A stretch of DNA of 64,000 nt from NCBI RefSeq assembly GCF_009914755.1, contig NC_060932.1; one strand, written 5' to 3'. This document shows positions 18,372-42,000 of the stretch, piece after piece (the first letter of the stretch is position 1; each line of letters begins with the position of its first letter). The notes beneath the pieces were generated by a model that was given only the letters and a program-made list of their open reading frames with translations, was not told the DNA's origin and made no database searches. This DNA comes from the human T2T-CHM13v2.0 reference genome, Homo sapiens. The translations under genes and the position numbers were made by a program.

Positions 18372-20811
18372 CCCGTGGGAAGACAAGACCGCCGGCGACA
18401 GCCCGCCGCGCTGCCCGGGCGCTCAAGCCGCCGCTACTCACTAGCGAGTCTGTCAGTCTGTCTGCCTGGCTGAGTAGAGCGGCGGGAGGGGGGCACTGAG
18501 CTACGGGAATAGTTGGGAGCCGCGTGAGGAGGCAGCCTCCGTCCAGCCGAAGAGAAATCAGTGAATGAGACTGTGACTCAGGCTGAACTCTTCCCCCCAC
18601 CCCTCGCCTGTCACCCAAGCCTCTCCTCCGCTCCAAACAGACACACGCGCACAGAGACGCGCCCGGAGAGGAGCAGCCGAGGGCGCAGGCGCGAGGGCAG
18701 CCACCCAGCCCAGCCCTCCCACAGCCAGCCACCCCGCTGCCCTTCACCTGCGTGGCTGCGGGGGCCCAAGAGCGCTGAAGCCCCGAGGGAGCCGGTCTCT
18801 AGAAAAGTCAGCGGCTGAAGCTGACAGCCCACTCTGAATAAATAAATCATTTCTGATCGTTTATTCCGTGCCTTGGGCACACACCATGTCTCATTCACCA
18901 TAGTAGATTCTGGGACCAAAGATAAACAAGACAAGATACTTGGTCGGAGGAAACCTCTGGCTTGTGGGGGAAATACTCATGTAAATGGCTTAAAACAACG
19001 TGGTACATCTATGCAGCCTGCTACTGGAGTAGCCAATATCCATTAGCCTTCATTTCCACGCAGCAGGAAGAACAGAGGCACGGGGGCATGGTGCTGCCAG
19101 TCAATAGGTAGATAAGCTTCCTAGAAGATTGCAGGGATGGGGCAGAGGACCAGACTGCAAGAGTGGCTGAGTAGAAAGGGGCACTACGGGTTTCCTAAGT
19201 TGTGTACTGTCAATAATGTGGGGGCAATGACGTTCTGACTTCCTCACCAGAGAGCTGGCTCTGGCAGTGACAGGTAGACAGATGTGAGGCCACACTGCGG
19301 GCACAGAAGTGAGTTGGGAGGCAGTCTGAAAGCAAAATGTGATGAGGCATTGGCAGGGGGCATGGAGAGGAGGGAACTGGGCAGCTGATGCAATCTGCAA
19401 GAGAAGAAAACCAGCCGAGGTAGGATGACTCCCAAGTTTCTAGCACCAAGTTGGGTGACTACGTGCCTGACAGCCAATAAAAGCACAGGTGGAGAAACAT
19501 GCTTTAGGAGAAAGATTGTTCTCATCTACATGTGTTGAGTTTGAAATGTTTGGGGGACATCCCAGTGTACGTGTCCCATAAGCCACTGGACACACAGGAG
19601 GTTTGGACTAGGAATATTGATCAGTAGTCATCAGCCCAAAGGTGGCATGAGAAAGGATGGAATGAATAGGGAAGATCATCCAAATTGTGAAGAATCTAGG
19701 AGGACAGCGTACAGCCAAAGGAAGGAGACTGGAAGCAAGGGTCAGAGAGGTGTGGGACGCATCAGAAAAGCCAAAAGAGCAGACGACTGTAAGAAGGGAA
19801 GGGTCAGATGTGTACAGGCTGCAGGGAAGACAAACAGGATGATAACTGAAAAAAAAAAAAAAAAAGAGTATCTGAGGGCACTTGTGACCATTGACAGAGC
19901 AGGATAGTGCTCTAATGGAGGAAAGGAGGTTGCTCACAAGTACCAGTGACCATGCTGGCCATTGCTGCCAGGTCGAAGCCCCTCCACTGGCCCTTGGCCT
20001 TGCCCAATGAAAGCATTGTCTCCATTTTACAGATGTGATAAGTGTAGAGAGGTTAAGTAACTTTATATAGGCACACAGCTGCTCTGTAGACAATATGAAC
20101 CAATGTGCTCCAAAAGACTATGTTCTTACTTAACCTCTTAACCCTGACTCTCTACCCTCTCTCCTGCCATTGAATAACATCCTGACTCGTCAATGCACCT
20201 TGATTCTTTTGATTATCTCCCTTTAGTCCAACAACCGTCGTATCTACAGCGATCCTTAGAGAACAATTAAGGCCAGTTGACAGTAAAGAACAATCAGTGT
20301 GTATTTGAAGTCCATGCTGAGAGAGCATCAATCTTCTGGCAGCTGCAAGACTGACCTATCAACCGAGGCATTTCTTCATTCCCTGCCATTGTCTCCTCCT
20401 CTTGAGATCGCCATCAGGCACAGTCACTTTTCTACAAACAGGCAATAGGACTCCCGCTGCCACCCTGCCCAGATTTTAGTCCTCTACTGCTGATAAAGTG
20501 AGCAAAGATACGTGGCACTTCCTGAACCCAAATACTCTTCTGAGCTGATTCTAAATCCACACAGAATCAACCTACCTCCTATTACCTCCTTCCAAGCTCT
20601 GTGTCCCATTCTCTCATTTCAGTCTCAGCTCCAGACATCAGTGAATTCAATGTGATACATCAGGGGACATCACAGGACTTCCCTACTTGAAAATCAAGCA
20701 ATCGTGTCCCTGAAACACTCTGTCTTTATTCATGCTCAGTTACCGTAAAGTAGATGCAACTCTAAGAACCTATGGATTTTTTTATTGCCACTAATAGATC
20801 ATGATTTACAG

Positions 20812-21137
20812 CAAAATTTTAAAAGGTCCAATTTTACTCACATAAGAAGAAGAAAACATTCAGCAAGAAGCATTTCTTTTGCTTTATCTTTCCCAGTTAA
20901 ATATGACTTTAAAAAAGACAAAATTTTAAAAGGTCCAATTTTACTCACAAAAGAAGAAGAAAACATTCAGCAAGAAGCATTTCTTTTGCTTTATCTTTCC
21001 CAGTTAAATATGACTTTAAAAAAGACAAAATTTTAAAAGGTCCAATTTTACTCACATAGGAAACAAGAAGAAAACATTCAGCAAGAAGCATTTCTTTTGC
21101 TTTATCTTTCCCAGTTAAATATGACTTTGAAAAAGAA
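20812..21137. repeat. Tandem repeat, 3 x ~107 bp
   Basis: Units start at 20812, 20919 and 21026 (caaaattttaaaaggtccaa...). Confidence 0.95.
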
Positions 21138-21387
21138 GAGCACACCTCATTAGCCGTAATTGTCTGATTAATACAAAGAAATGGACTCATATCACGGGGT
21201 TCTACTACCCCTATGGTAGTGTTTACTATCCTTATTTCACTCAATAATTACAGTTACTTTAACCAGAATGCCTGCCTTGTTTGGCATTTTGGGAGAGGAA
21301 GCATATGACTGTAAACCCTCTTCAAACTTTCAGACTTACGTTTGCTTCTTCTAAGTCCATCGACTTTATACATAAATGACTTCTTTT

Positions 21388-21418
<31 letters not shown>

Positions 21419-22009
21419 GATTTCTTTCCTGATCTTCATATAACAAGTATGTAGCCTTTGCAATTTCCAGGGCAGTCTACAGGTTTAAAATCTGGCCGTC
21501 CTGGAGAATGGGCAGAAGAAAGCTGAAGGGAGCCTTTTCCCACAGCCCTTCCCTTCCTTCTTAAAGAAGGTTCACTTCAGAGGTCTCCCAGATACAACAA
21601 GAACTGAGTTTTTGGTTCAGAATATTTTGTGGGTGCAAAACATAATACATAGTTGCCAGTAACATAATTGAATTAGGTGTTGGTTGTTTAAGAGGAGACA
21701 CATTGTATCTTTAAGGTAGCCCCTTAATAGAACTTGGCATGTATATCCTTCCTTAGAAGTGAATTTCAGGTTGGGTAAAACCTGAGAAGGAACAGATCTG
21801 GCCCTGGGGTACAATGAATGCAGGCAATCACTCCAGCCCTGGTGGCTTGAGGGCCCTGCAAGTGCTAAAGGAGTATAGTGACCAACTGTGTCCAAAGAGA
21901 CTTAGCACTGCAAGTCCCACACCCCCAAGAAACCACAGTTCCATGAACACCTGGAGGCTTGGCTCCCTATAAAGAAACTGCCACCTCCCTTAATATAATT
22001 AAGCCAGAT

Positions 22010-22620
<611 letters not shown>

Positions 22621-22781
22621 CCAGATACTCCAAGGCTAGTAATGGAGGGAAACTTCCCTGTGAAGAGGAGACAGTTGTCTTAAAAAAAAAATCATGTTCC
22701 CTTGAAAGATGTTTCATAATTACCACCACTGCCACCTTGGCCTGGAAAAGAAAGTGGTCGGATGGGAAGGGGAAGGAAGCA

Positions 22782-24668
<1,887 letters not shown>

Positions 24669-24894
24669 AGCACTGCCTAATTTGATGCTGCCACTGAGAC
24701 ATTAGCTTCACTTATACTCTACGGTGCAGCTGATCTAAGGTCTGAACTTTTAAACAGGTCTTTCCTCAAGGCTAAAGGCTAATAAAGGAAAATAAATTCA
24801 TGTGATAAAACAAAAGTAACTGTGTTAGATGTGGTTGATTGGCAGTCAGTGTGCACTCCCTACTTTTCTGTTCTTTCTTAAATGGCAGAGTTTG

Positions 24895-25258
<364 letters not shown>

Positions 25259-26883
25259 CTAGATAAGAATTGATGTACTCTGGCACGTTTGGGAAGGTAG
25301 GGTGAGGCACAGGCCATATCCTTTGTGGCTGTCTATGCCAGCAAGCAGTTCATGGAGACATGATATTTTTCTGCTTTGGTATTCTTTTGTCCAAATTCCA
25401 GCTTCTAGATGTTGAGAGGCAGCTGCAGTATTGGCTGCTTTCTGATTTCTGGTTTCAGCCACTACACGATGCCCTGAAGTCAAGAGACCAGTGAATGCCT
25501 TTGACTCCTCATCCTGCAGATTGTAGCAGAAGTACCAGCTTTCCTGGCAGGATGGATCTGCAGTGTTATAGCATCACTCCTGGTGACCCACCCTAGAGAC
25601 CATGTATCCAGATCTTCTGGATATTCTGTAAGCCCCTAACCTCCTATAGTGAATCCCTTTCTGCCTAAAAATGCAAAGTGGTTGCTCTATCCTGTCCCTG
25701 GACAAGTATCAAAATACTAGGTCATCAACTAGAAAATTACAGCTTATCAGTCACACTCTGGGGTCCCTCTGCCTTGCTGTTAGCTTGCCTCTCTGTAGAC
25801 GAAGTCCCTTTTAGGATCTACTCAAGGACAACCCTGAATTGTAGCCTTCTCAAAAAATCTAGATCCAGAGAGCAAAGCCCAGAGAAAGCTGGAATTTCTC
25901 TCTCCATCCTACTTTCTGGGTTTCCATTGCCTATCTGAGGACATGCTTCTTTCCTAGATCCATAGAAAGATCTATGTTTCAGGGGAACCTAAAGGTAGTG
26001 GTCTTATCCCAGAGCATAGAAGTATAATTAACACAAGATGATACAAAACAACACAATCACTGCAATGACACACTGCTGAAGCCCCTCTACGAAGCAGGTG
26101 GGATGGCACCAGGTTATCATTTCCTTACATTATGGAAAAGAACAGATACTCTAACAATTCTAAATGTATCACTTTAGACCTGTTGTTATCCTTCCTGACT
26201 TCCCCACCCCTCTTCAGAAGGCCTGCTTCATTTGTAGGACAGACGGAATAGAATGATGACAAAGAAAGATCCCAGCTAAGTACAGTGGCTGAAGCCTGTA
26301 ATCCAAACTACTCTGGAGGCTGAGGCAGAAAGATTGCTTGAAGCTAGGAGTTCAAGACCAACCTGGGCAACATAGCAAGACTCCTATCTCTTAAAAAATA
26401 CATTAATTTAAAAAAAATTGTAAAGGACTTCATAGCAAACCAACATGATTAAATCTTTGTGGTGAGTGTGTGGGTGTCACTATACCAACTTTAATTACAA
26501 GAAAGACATCATCAATTTTAAGATGCACCATTATTTCATGGACCACTAAGAAGGAAAAAATGCTGCCAATTAAATGGCACACACCTTAATGATTAAACAG
26601 AGAAAAGAGGACTTCGTTGCCAAACCACATAAATCTAGTCCTGACTCTGTCACTTACGGCAGTATGGATTTGGGCAATTCCCTAAAGCTCTTTTTACTCA
26701 GTTTCCAAGTTGGGGTTAAACACAATACCTATTTCAAAGCATCAAATGGGATAACACATGCAACATATGCTTCAAACATACACGCAGACCAGTGCCTGGA
26801 CCAAGGTAGGTGCTTAAATGTTAGCCATAGTTATACTTATGCCATGCTATCTTTTGCATTCATCTTAATAATATTTTTTCTCA

Positions 26884-33043
<6,160 letters not shown>

Positions 33044-34052
33044 AATAGTATTATTTGTTCTCTCTGCTTGTTAGAGGGCAGGGGAACCTGTATCTTTTGT
33101 TTCATGGGGGTCACACACTTCTCCAGGATTAGCTCCAGACTAGAAAATTATTGCCAGGCCAATAAAACATCCTATCTTTGGGGGTCCAATATTTGGTTGA
33201 TTTTGTTTGTTCACCTTTCAATCACCAGAATCCCCTTCTTATCAATAATTCCACCACCGCTCAAGAATTCACAAAATTAAAACAAAAATGATCTCTCTCA
33301 TTTACCATATTAGCACTACATATTTCACAAACATGATTTCATCTTCACTATCAGGGAGGTATTACCAAACCCTTTAATAGAGGAGGGAGCTGAGAATCAG
33401 AGATGATCACCAACGTGCCCAAATTCACACAGCATAGAAAGTGTGGAGAGAGAGTCAAATGCAGACCAGCTGTACTCCAGAATCTACACCCCAGAATCTA
33501 CACTCCTAGCCATCTTGCTCAATTTTCTCCAAAAAATGCTGTGATCCTTTTAGGAGCTTGTGTATTGATTAAGATAAAACATTTCTCTGTAGTGCAATAT
33601 TTAAGTACGATGAAGCAATCCAAATGCAAATAATACATGCTGTAGTTTTGAATAAAGACACAAAATAAGCTACCCCATATAACCAAAATCTCTAATGACT
33701 AGGATTTGGCTTATTACAGGACTGCCGAAGCTGAGAGTAACTACCCCTGGTTTCATTTCCAACTCATGAATTTTTCGCCATCCTTCTCTGCCCGCCTTTC
33801 CTTTACTACACAGTGAGCCGCACTCCTGGAACAAGCTTCCCTTGAAGTTCACCCTCTGAGCGCCACGGCCCCTCTCCAGCCTGCATTCCACTGTAAGGTT
33901 GAGAAATATCTGATTGTTAGTGATGAGAGAGAAAACCTAGCCTCATTCTCTGGTGGCCTGTCTTGCAAAAGAGAGATGAAATCAAACCTGGCTTCCTGAG
34001 ATTCCAAATCACAAACATCACATACTAGTTTTTTTTTTTAATAAAATCATGG

Positions 34053-34715
<663 letters not shown>

Positions 34716-34732
34716 AAGAGAGAGAGAGAGAG

Positions 34733-35009
34733 AGCTAGGGTCTTACTATATTGCCCAGGGTGGAATGCAGTGTCTACTCAGAGGCCCAGTCCCACTACTG
34801 ATTCTGCTCATATCTGACCTAAGCCAGTTCGCCCCTCCTTAAACAACGTGGTGGACCCCACTCCAGGAGGTCACCATATTGATGCCAAACTTAGTTCAGA
34901 CACCCAATTGCTACAGCACACTACAGCTCAGAACTCCTGGGCTCAAGCAATTGTTTTGCCTCAGCCTCTCAAGTAGCTGAGACCACAGGTGTGCACTATT
35001 GAGCCTCAC
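34733..35009 (-). pseudogene. 7SL (SRP RNA) processed pseudogene
   Basis: Contains S-domain sequence absent from Alu (ggaggtcaccatattgatgccaaacttag; gttcgcccctcctta) between Alu-domain ends. Confidence 0.85.
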
Positions 35010-35189
35010 TTCCCTTAGCATATCTTTTTGAACAGCCTTTTCTTTATATTGAGATACCTGAAAAGGGCTCTTTACAAAATCCACTCGAATTCCCTTCTCT
35101 CCTCTCTGCTGTCCTTTATTATTGATGACATTTTTGATAATTATCTGATTATAGAAAAACTCCAAAAAGCCAGGAAGAAGTGCTGATTT

Positions 35190-35599
<410 letters not shown>

Positions 35600-36049
35600 T
35601 GACAATTGTTCTAGTTCTTTTGCTGTAACTGATGAATACAAAATAACCCCGTAGTAGAATGTACCACCTGGAACATCAAGAAAGTGATTTTACAGGATTT
35701 AGCATTCCATTTGGGGGCTGCAGAACCTGTCATCAGATAATGGGATTTGAATGATAAATGAACTGTCTCATGTCAATCCCTTTGTGAAAATTAGAGCTTT
35801 TAAAGTCTAGGTTTAGCTTGCTTAAACTGAGAAATGGCCAGGCAAATAGTCATGTCAGTAGAAATATAACATCTAAAAGTCAAGATCTTTTTCCCTTCCT
35901 TTAGTTGTCATTATTTGTGAAATTTCACACCAGAAGACAATTGTGATTTTTTTTGAACCAGAAAGATTGTGAAAATTAGCTCGTATTAGACCTGTGATGA
36001 ATCTTCAACTCTAGAAAAGAAAAAGAAATGTGCTCTAAGAAGAAATAAG

Positions 36050-36345
<296 letters not shown>

Positions 36346-37231
36346 TTAAAAGAAGAGATTTATAGGTAAACAAAAACATGCATTTTCTCTCTGTACTATG
36401 TGCATTCTTCCCCAATCTTCCCTAAAGAAAATATCCCCTAGGAAGAAAGGTCTGAAACCTTGGAAATTATTTTTACTAGTCTTAGAAATATGTATAACAA
36501 ATATGCAAAAACATGAACAAGCAAAGTAATCCAAGCTATTGAAAACCTAATAAGATCAGCTTACTCATATGCCTCCAAGACAGAATGCTATCAGCCCTCT
36601 GCAATTTTAAGACCAAGACTCTGACTTCTGCCAGGTGCAAAACCCATGGAGAGAAATACTCTATAGATGAAGAAAGACTTGAGTTAGACCCTGAAGAGTA
36701 AGCAGAATTTTCATATCTGTGAATAGAACCCACGGCCTCTGAGACAGAGCAACCCCTGATAAAGGAGACCAAAACAGAAGCACCCTGGGCAGGATGTCTC
36801 AGGGATGCTCAAATTGTTGGGAAAGTTGGGGCATGTGAAGGGGAAAAACAGGCAGGAAGATAGAAAAGATCGTCTCCCTTGGCTGAGAAGTTTGGACTCT
36901 AGTATGTAGGCAATAGAAACTCATCAAAGGTTTCTATGCAGAGCAGTGACAGGATAAAGCAGGACTTTATGAAAACTGATCTTTCAGGAAAAGCTGGGAG
37001 GGACTGAAATAGGATGGAAACTGCAGGTAGAAAGACCACTCTCAAAGCTATTAGAACAATGCAGGCAAAAGACTGAACCATGACCTTGGGCTCAGCTATG
37101 TAAGTCAAGACTAGGTATTGGACCACTGTTATTTTCTAATGTCAAATCAATGACTTTAGATTGGAGGGAATTTAGGAATTGTTTTGCCAAAAATTCACAA
37201 ACCTGTGGCAAAATCAGACTGGTGGTAAAGT

Positions 37232-37235
<4 letters not shown>

Positions 37236-37270
<35 letters not shown>
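37236..37270. repeat. (TG)n microsatellite
   Basis: Direct reading. Confidence 0.92.
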
Positions 37271-37274
<4 letters not shown>

Positions 37275-37946
37275 AACATGTATACAAATATATATATAAT
37301 TTTTTTAGTTTTCTGAATTAGTTACCCAAGTTTTAAAATTGGGAGATTTCAGATGAAAACCCCAGATTTCTGGATTTTTGAAATTTGGCATTGTCATATT
37401 GGGCTCAAAGCCTTCACCTGACCCTCACCCTGCATAATCCTCTTAAGCTTCATTTAGTCCCATTCCTGTCCTGCCATTCATACCCCAATCTTAAAGATGA
37501 AGACACTGAAACCCGAGGAAGGTAAGGAATTTTCCCAAAGTTTCACTGACAGTTGTTGGCAAAGTCTGCAAGGATGATGTGACATAATGCCTGTCCCATT
37601 CCTTACAGCAACTGGACATATATGATCTCTGTTCCTCATAAGCCCTTAAGAGTAGACATCATTATCCCCATTTTGTAGAAGAGGAAACGGGTTGAAAGAT
37701 TAGGTAACTTCCCCAAAGCCACATAGCTGGTCAGCGGTGGAGACAATGTTCAAACCTAGATCTTTCCAGGTCTTTCTTATTACACAATTAGTGTAAGATT
37801 CTGAAACCGGACAAACCTGCTTAAAATCGAGGCTGGTCATTGACTGGCTGTGTGATGGCAGGGATGTTACTCAGCCTGTCTGAGCTTCACATTTTTGGTT
37901 TTCAGACTGAAATGAGCATGTGTCTAACAGCAATTAACACATGTTA

Positions 37947-38674
37947 ATTATTTTACAGTCACAGTTTGCTTTTTGAGAAAAAGCACTGTTAATGGATATG
38001 ATCAGATACTTTATTTGTGTTGTTGGCTCTGAAAATCTTTTTAATCCCCAAAAAATAAAATCTAACCCCAAAGACAGTGTCAACCACTGATACTATTCTA
38101 AAGATTGTGCCATAAGATCTAAACCTTTTTCCTAAAGATTCCAAAAAAATCAGAGGTAACAGTAGCAGTGTTGGCAGTAGAACTCTCACATAAGAGACAG
38201 GGATGGAGGCATATGCGCCCCATGTCTCACTCCTCCTTCTACTTTCCTTGCCAGTGTTCCTGTTTGGCAAAACCAGCAACATCTGGGCCCACACTACAAA
38301 AGGACCCAGAAAATATAGTTTATAGCTTCCTAGCCCCTTTGATACAGAAAAGCATGCAAGAAAGGTGGACCAGTCATCTGCATCTGTCACAAAATTGCCC
38401 TAAGAACCAGCTTGTCAGCCATAGAAGAAAACTGTATCTCATTATTTTATGTTCACATTTTGCTTTTTGAGAGAAAGCACTGTGAGTAGATTTGATCAGA
38501 TACTTTATTTGTGTTGTTGGTTCTGAAAATCTTTTTAATCCCCAAAAAATAAAATCCAACCCCAAAGATAGTGTCAACCACTGATGGTATTCTAAAGATT
38601 GTGCCATAAGATCTGAACCTTCTTCCAAAAGATTCCAAAAAAATTGGGCTTAACAGTAGCAATATTGGAAGTAG
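37947..38674 (+). repeat. Direct duplication of ~234 bp (37947-38180 / 38441-38674) with a 260-bp spacer
   Basis: Aligned by eye, roughly 88% identical. Confidence 0.9.
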
Positions 38675-39062
38675 CATTTAGCATCCTACTTTGAAAGGGA
38701 CAGCGCTCATTAGGATAGAGACATTCTAAAATGTTTGCTTTTTAATCAGCCCTATTAGTCACAGACATACCTCACTGGAGTTACCCTCCAGCTTCCTCCA
38801 AGGAAGATAGCCAAACACCTGATGGTGAGCAAAGCCATTACCATCTTGACTTCCTGCCAGAATTCTTACCACCATCAACCTTTCAAAACAGGTTGATTAG
38901 TGGATCTGGCAAACAAAAGCACTGTAATTATTCAATACTTACACAGAAATCCTCCCATAAAACAAGTATGCTTCAAAAAATCATATTGTCTTAACAATGA
39001 CCATGTTCCCCTTTGGTTGAATTGGCCTCTTTTGTAAGATTCTAATTACCCAAAATTAAGGG

Positions 39063-42000
39063 TTTTTGGGGGTTTTTGTTTGTTTTTGTTCTTTTGTTTT
39101 GTTTTACCATGCTAGGACTGGGTAACTTTATTCAAGACCTTGACAAAATGATCCCCAAAGTAATATAAATGTAGACACTTTAAAAAGTCCAGATGTGGAA
39201 GTGAGGAGCGCCTCTGCCCGGCCACCCATCATCTGGGAGGTGAGGAGCGCCTCTGCCCGGCTGCCCTGTCTGGGAAGTGAGGAGTGCCTCTGCCCGGCCA
39301 CCCCATCTGGGAAGTGAGGAGCACCTCTGCCCGGCCGCCCCCATCTGGGAAGTGAGGAGCGCTTCTGCCCGGCCTCCCCGTCTGGGAAGTGAGGAGCGTC
39401 TCTGCCCAGCCGCCCATCGTCTGGGATGTGAGGAGCGCCTCTACCCGGCCGCCCCGTCTGGGAAGTGAGGAGCGTCTCTGCCCGGCCGCCCATCGTCTGG
39501 GAGGTGAGGAGTGCCTCTGCCCGGCCACCCCGTCTGGGAAGTGAGGAGCACCTCTGCCTGGCCGCTGTGCAATCTTCCAAGTGTGAAGTGACAGGCTTTC
39601 TGCAGGTGTACCCAACAGCTCCAAAGAGACAGCGACCATTGAGAAGGGGCCATGATGACGATGGTGGTTCTGTCAAAAAGAAAAGGGGGAAATGTGGGGA
39701 AAAGAAAGAGAGATCAGATTGTTACTGTGTCTGTGTAGAAAGAAGTAGACATAAGAGACTCCATTTTGTTCTGTACTAAGAAAAATTCTTCTGCCTTAGG
39801 ATGCTGTTAATCTATAACCTTACCCCCAACCCCGTGCTCTCTGAAACATGTGCTGTGTCAACTCAGGGTTAAATGGATTAAGGGCAGTGCAAGATGTGCT
39901 TTGTTAAACAGATGCTTGAAGGCAGCATGCTCGTTAAGAGTCATCACCACTCCCTAATCTCAAGTACCCAGGGACACAAACACTGCGGAAGGCCGCAGGG
40001 ACCTCTGCCTAGGAAAACCAGAGACCTTTGTTCACATGTTTATCTGCTGACCTTCTCTCCACTATTATCCTATGACCCTGCCACATCCCCCTCTCCGAGA
40101 AACACCCAAGAATGATCAATAAATACTAAAAAAAAAAAAAAAAAAAAAGTCCAGATGTGAAATTTCAAGAAAACTTTGAATTCAGTCCTAAGTCAATATT
40201 AAGTCAAAAGTTGAACCAATTCTACAAATCATAAATACTATTTTCCTTCTTAAGTTCATATCTTTTCTGAGATAGATTACCAACTCAGTTTTCTTTGATA
40301 TTGGTATTTGGAATAATTTTAACATGGTTTAACATCTTTAAGTTCTAAATCTATACTTATCTTGAATATCTTATTATAATTAAAAATATAAATCCAGAAG
40401 TGACAACTCTTCCTTACAGAAGAATTCTAATTAATAAGTGTAGAAGGATTCAGAGAAATAGAAAATCACCATTAGAGCACCACAGTAGTAATTGCCACAA
40501 GCAAGATCTGCCAATGGATAGTAAAATGAGTGAAAGTTTAAGCAGAAACAGGACATTTGCATAGTTTCAGGGTATCTCCAGCAAATATTCAATAATTACA
40601 AGGAAAACATAATAAGTTTACAGTAGCGGATCCTAGCAGACACCACCTTAGCATAGTGATCAAGGTTAACAACACCAGAAATGCATTACAACATCAGGTA
40701 TCCCCTGTTATGATACACTGTCACAGACTGGAAGACACAACATAGACATGACAGTTAAATGCAAGGCTGGGTCTTAGAACAGTAGAAGGACATTAGTGAA
40801 AAGACTAAATTCTCTACTTTTTAAACTTTATACTGTAGTTAGTGTTATATCAAGGTTAATTTCTTAATTTTGACAAATATTCTATTGTTATGTAAGATGT
40901 TAACATAAGGGCAAGGTGGGTGCAGAATATACAAGAACTCTACTATTTTTACAACTCTTCTGTAAGTCTAAAATTATCTCAAAAACTTAAAAAATAACTG
41001 TTAAAAAACACACATATATGTATATATGTGCATAACATGTGTACATATATATAATCAAGACTTCATGGAAATTGGCATCTTGGGCACTTAGTCAGTAAAA
41101 CAGTAGTGTTCTCTTCCGAATTATTCATTGTCTTACTGGTAACTTAGCTTTAAGGTCCTCCCCCTTCTAGACTTTTAATCTCAAGTATAAATTTCTAATT
41201 TTCATAGAAAAGCCTTTTTAAAAAACATTCCTGTATTAGGCCAAAAATAAAATCCTAGAATAAAACTATCACCATATTATCTTATAAAATTACTCATCCC
41301 AACCATAAGACCCAGCCAGTATTTTTACTGCATTTCCTCTCCTCATCTAATATGTTTGTGTTGGTTTGGTTTGGTTTATGAGTGGATACAGCTAATAGAT
41401 TTAGTATTTAATCATAGGCCTGACAGTCTAGGGGAAAACAATTATCACTTGGGTATCTTATGAAGAAACAGCTGTTTTTCCAAGAACCAATATTGTGTAC
41501 TCACCTGAGACATAAAAAGTTATTTACCAAAGTCTCTTCTATCTAACAGCATAGAGCTACCCAAGCAAGGCCAACAAAGACTCTTTCAATATCCTTTTCT
41601 TAAATTAGGCTCTAAAATGACTGTTGATAATGGTAATAAATGTCTTTTTATTAAAAAGGCAATTTTATCTTATGCAATTCAGGGAAGTAAAGATAAACAC
41701 AAAATCTACCTTTAAATGAAGAAAATAATAATTTCCCCCTCTAACTATGGCTGATTCATTCCCTGAGCATGAATCCCCTTTTACCCTCATTGTTTTTAAC
41801 TATAAACTGAGCTGAAATCTGCTCATAGATGAAACTAATATTTTAGATGGAGTATGACATTACCAAGTAATATTTTTTACTTTTTGTAGTCATCATTTCT
41901 ACTCGCTGTGGCATTTAATGTTTCATCTGTATCTCTCTATCACAATGCCCTCTATAGAAGCAGCAATAGTGAAAACATAATTACACTTTGGGGAAAAAAA

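Larger units (their letters stand above)
15450..18820. promoter_or_regulatory. CpG island / SLCO5A1 promoter region, probably containing non-coding first exon(s)
   Basis: Dense undepleted CpG and high GC, in contrast to the flanks. GC boxes are present. Several minus-strand donors occur at 18069, 18098, 18441 and 18747. Confidence 0.88.

Noticed and set aside
17252-18499. 415-aa plus-strand ORF
   Set aside because: Non-ATG start, GC-rich stop-poor CpG island, HT runs from CA repeats, and no recognisable domain.
39198-39560. CRISPR-like array of ~40-bp units
   Set aside because: It is the SVA VNTR: no unique spacers, and the context is eukaryotic.
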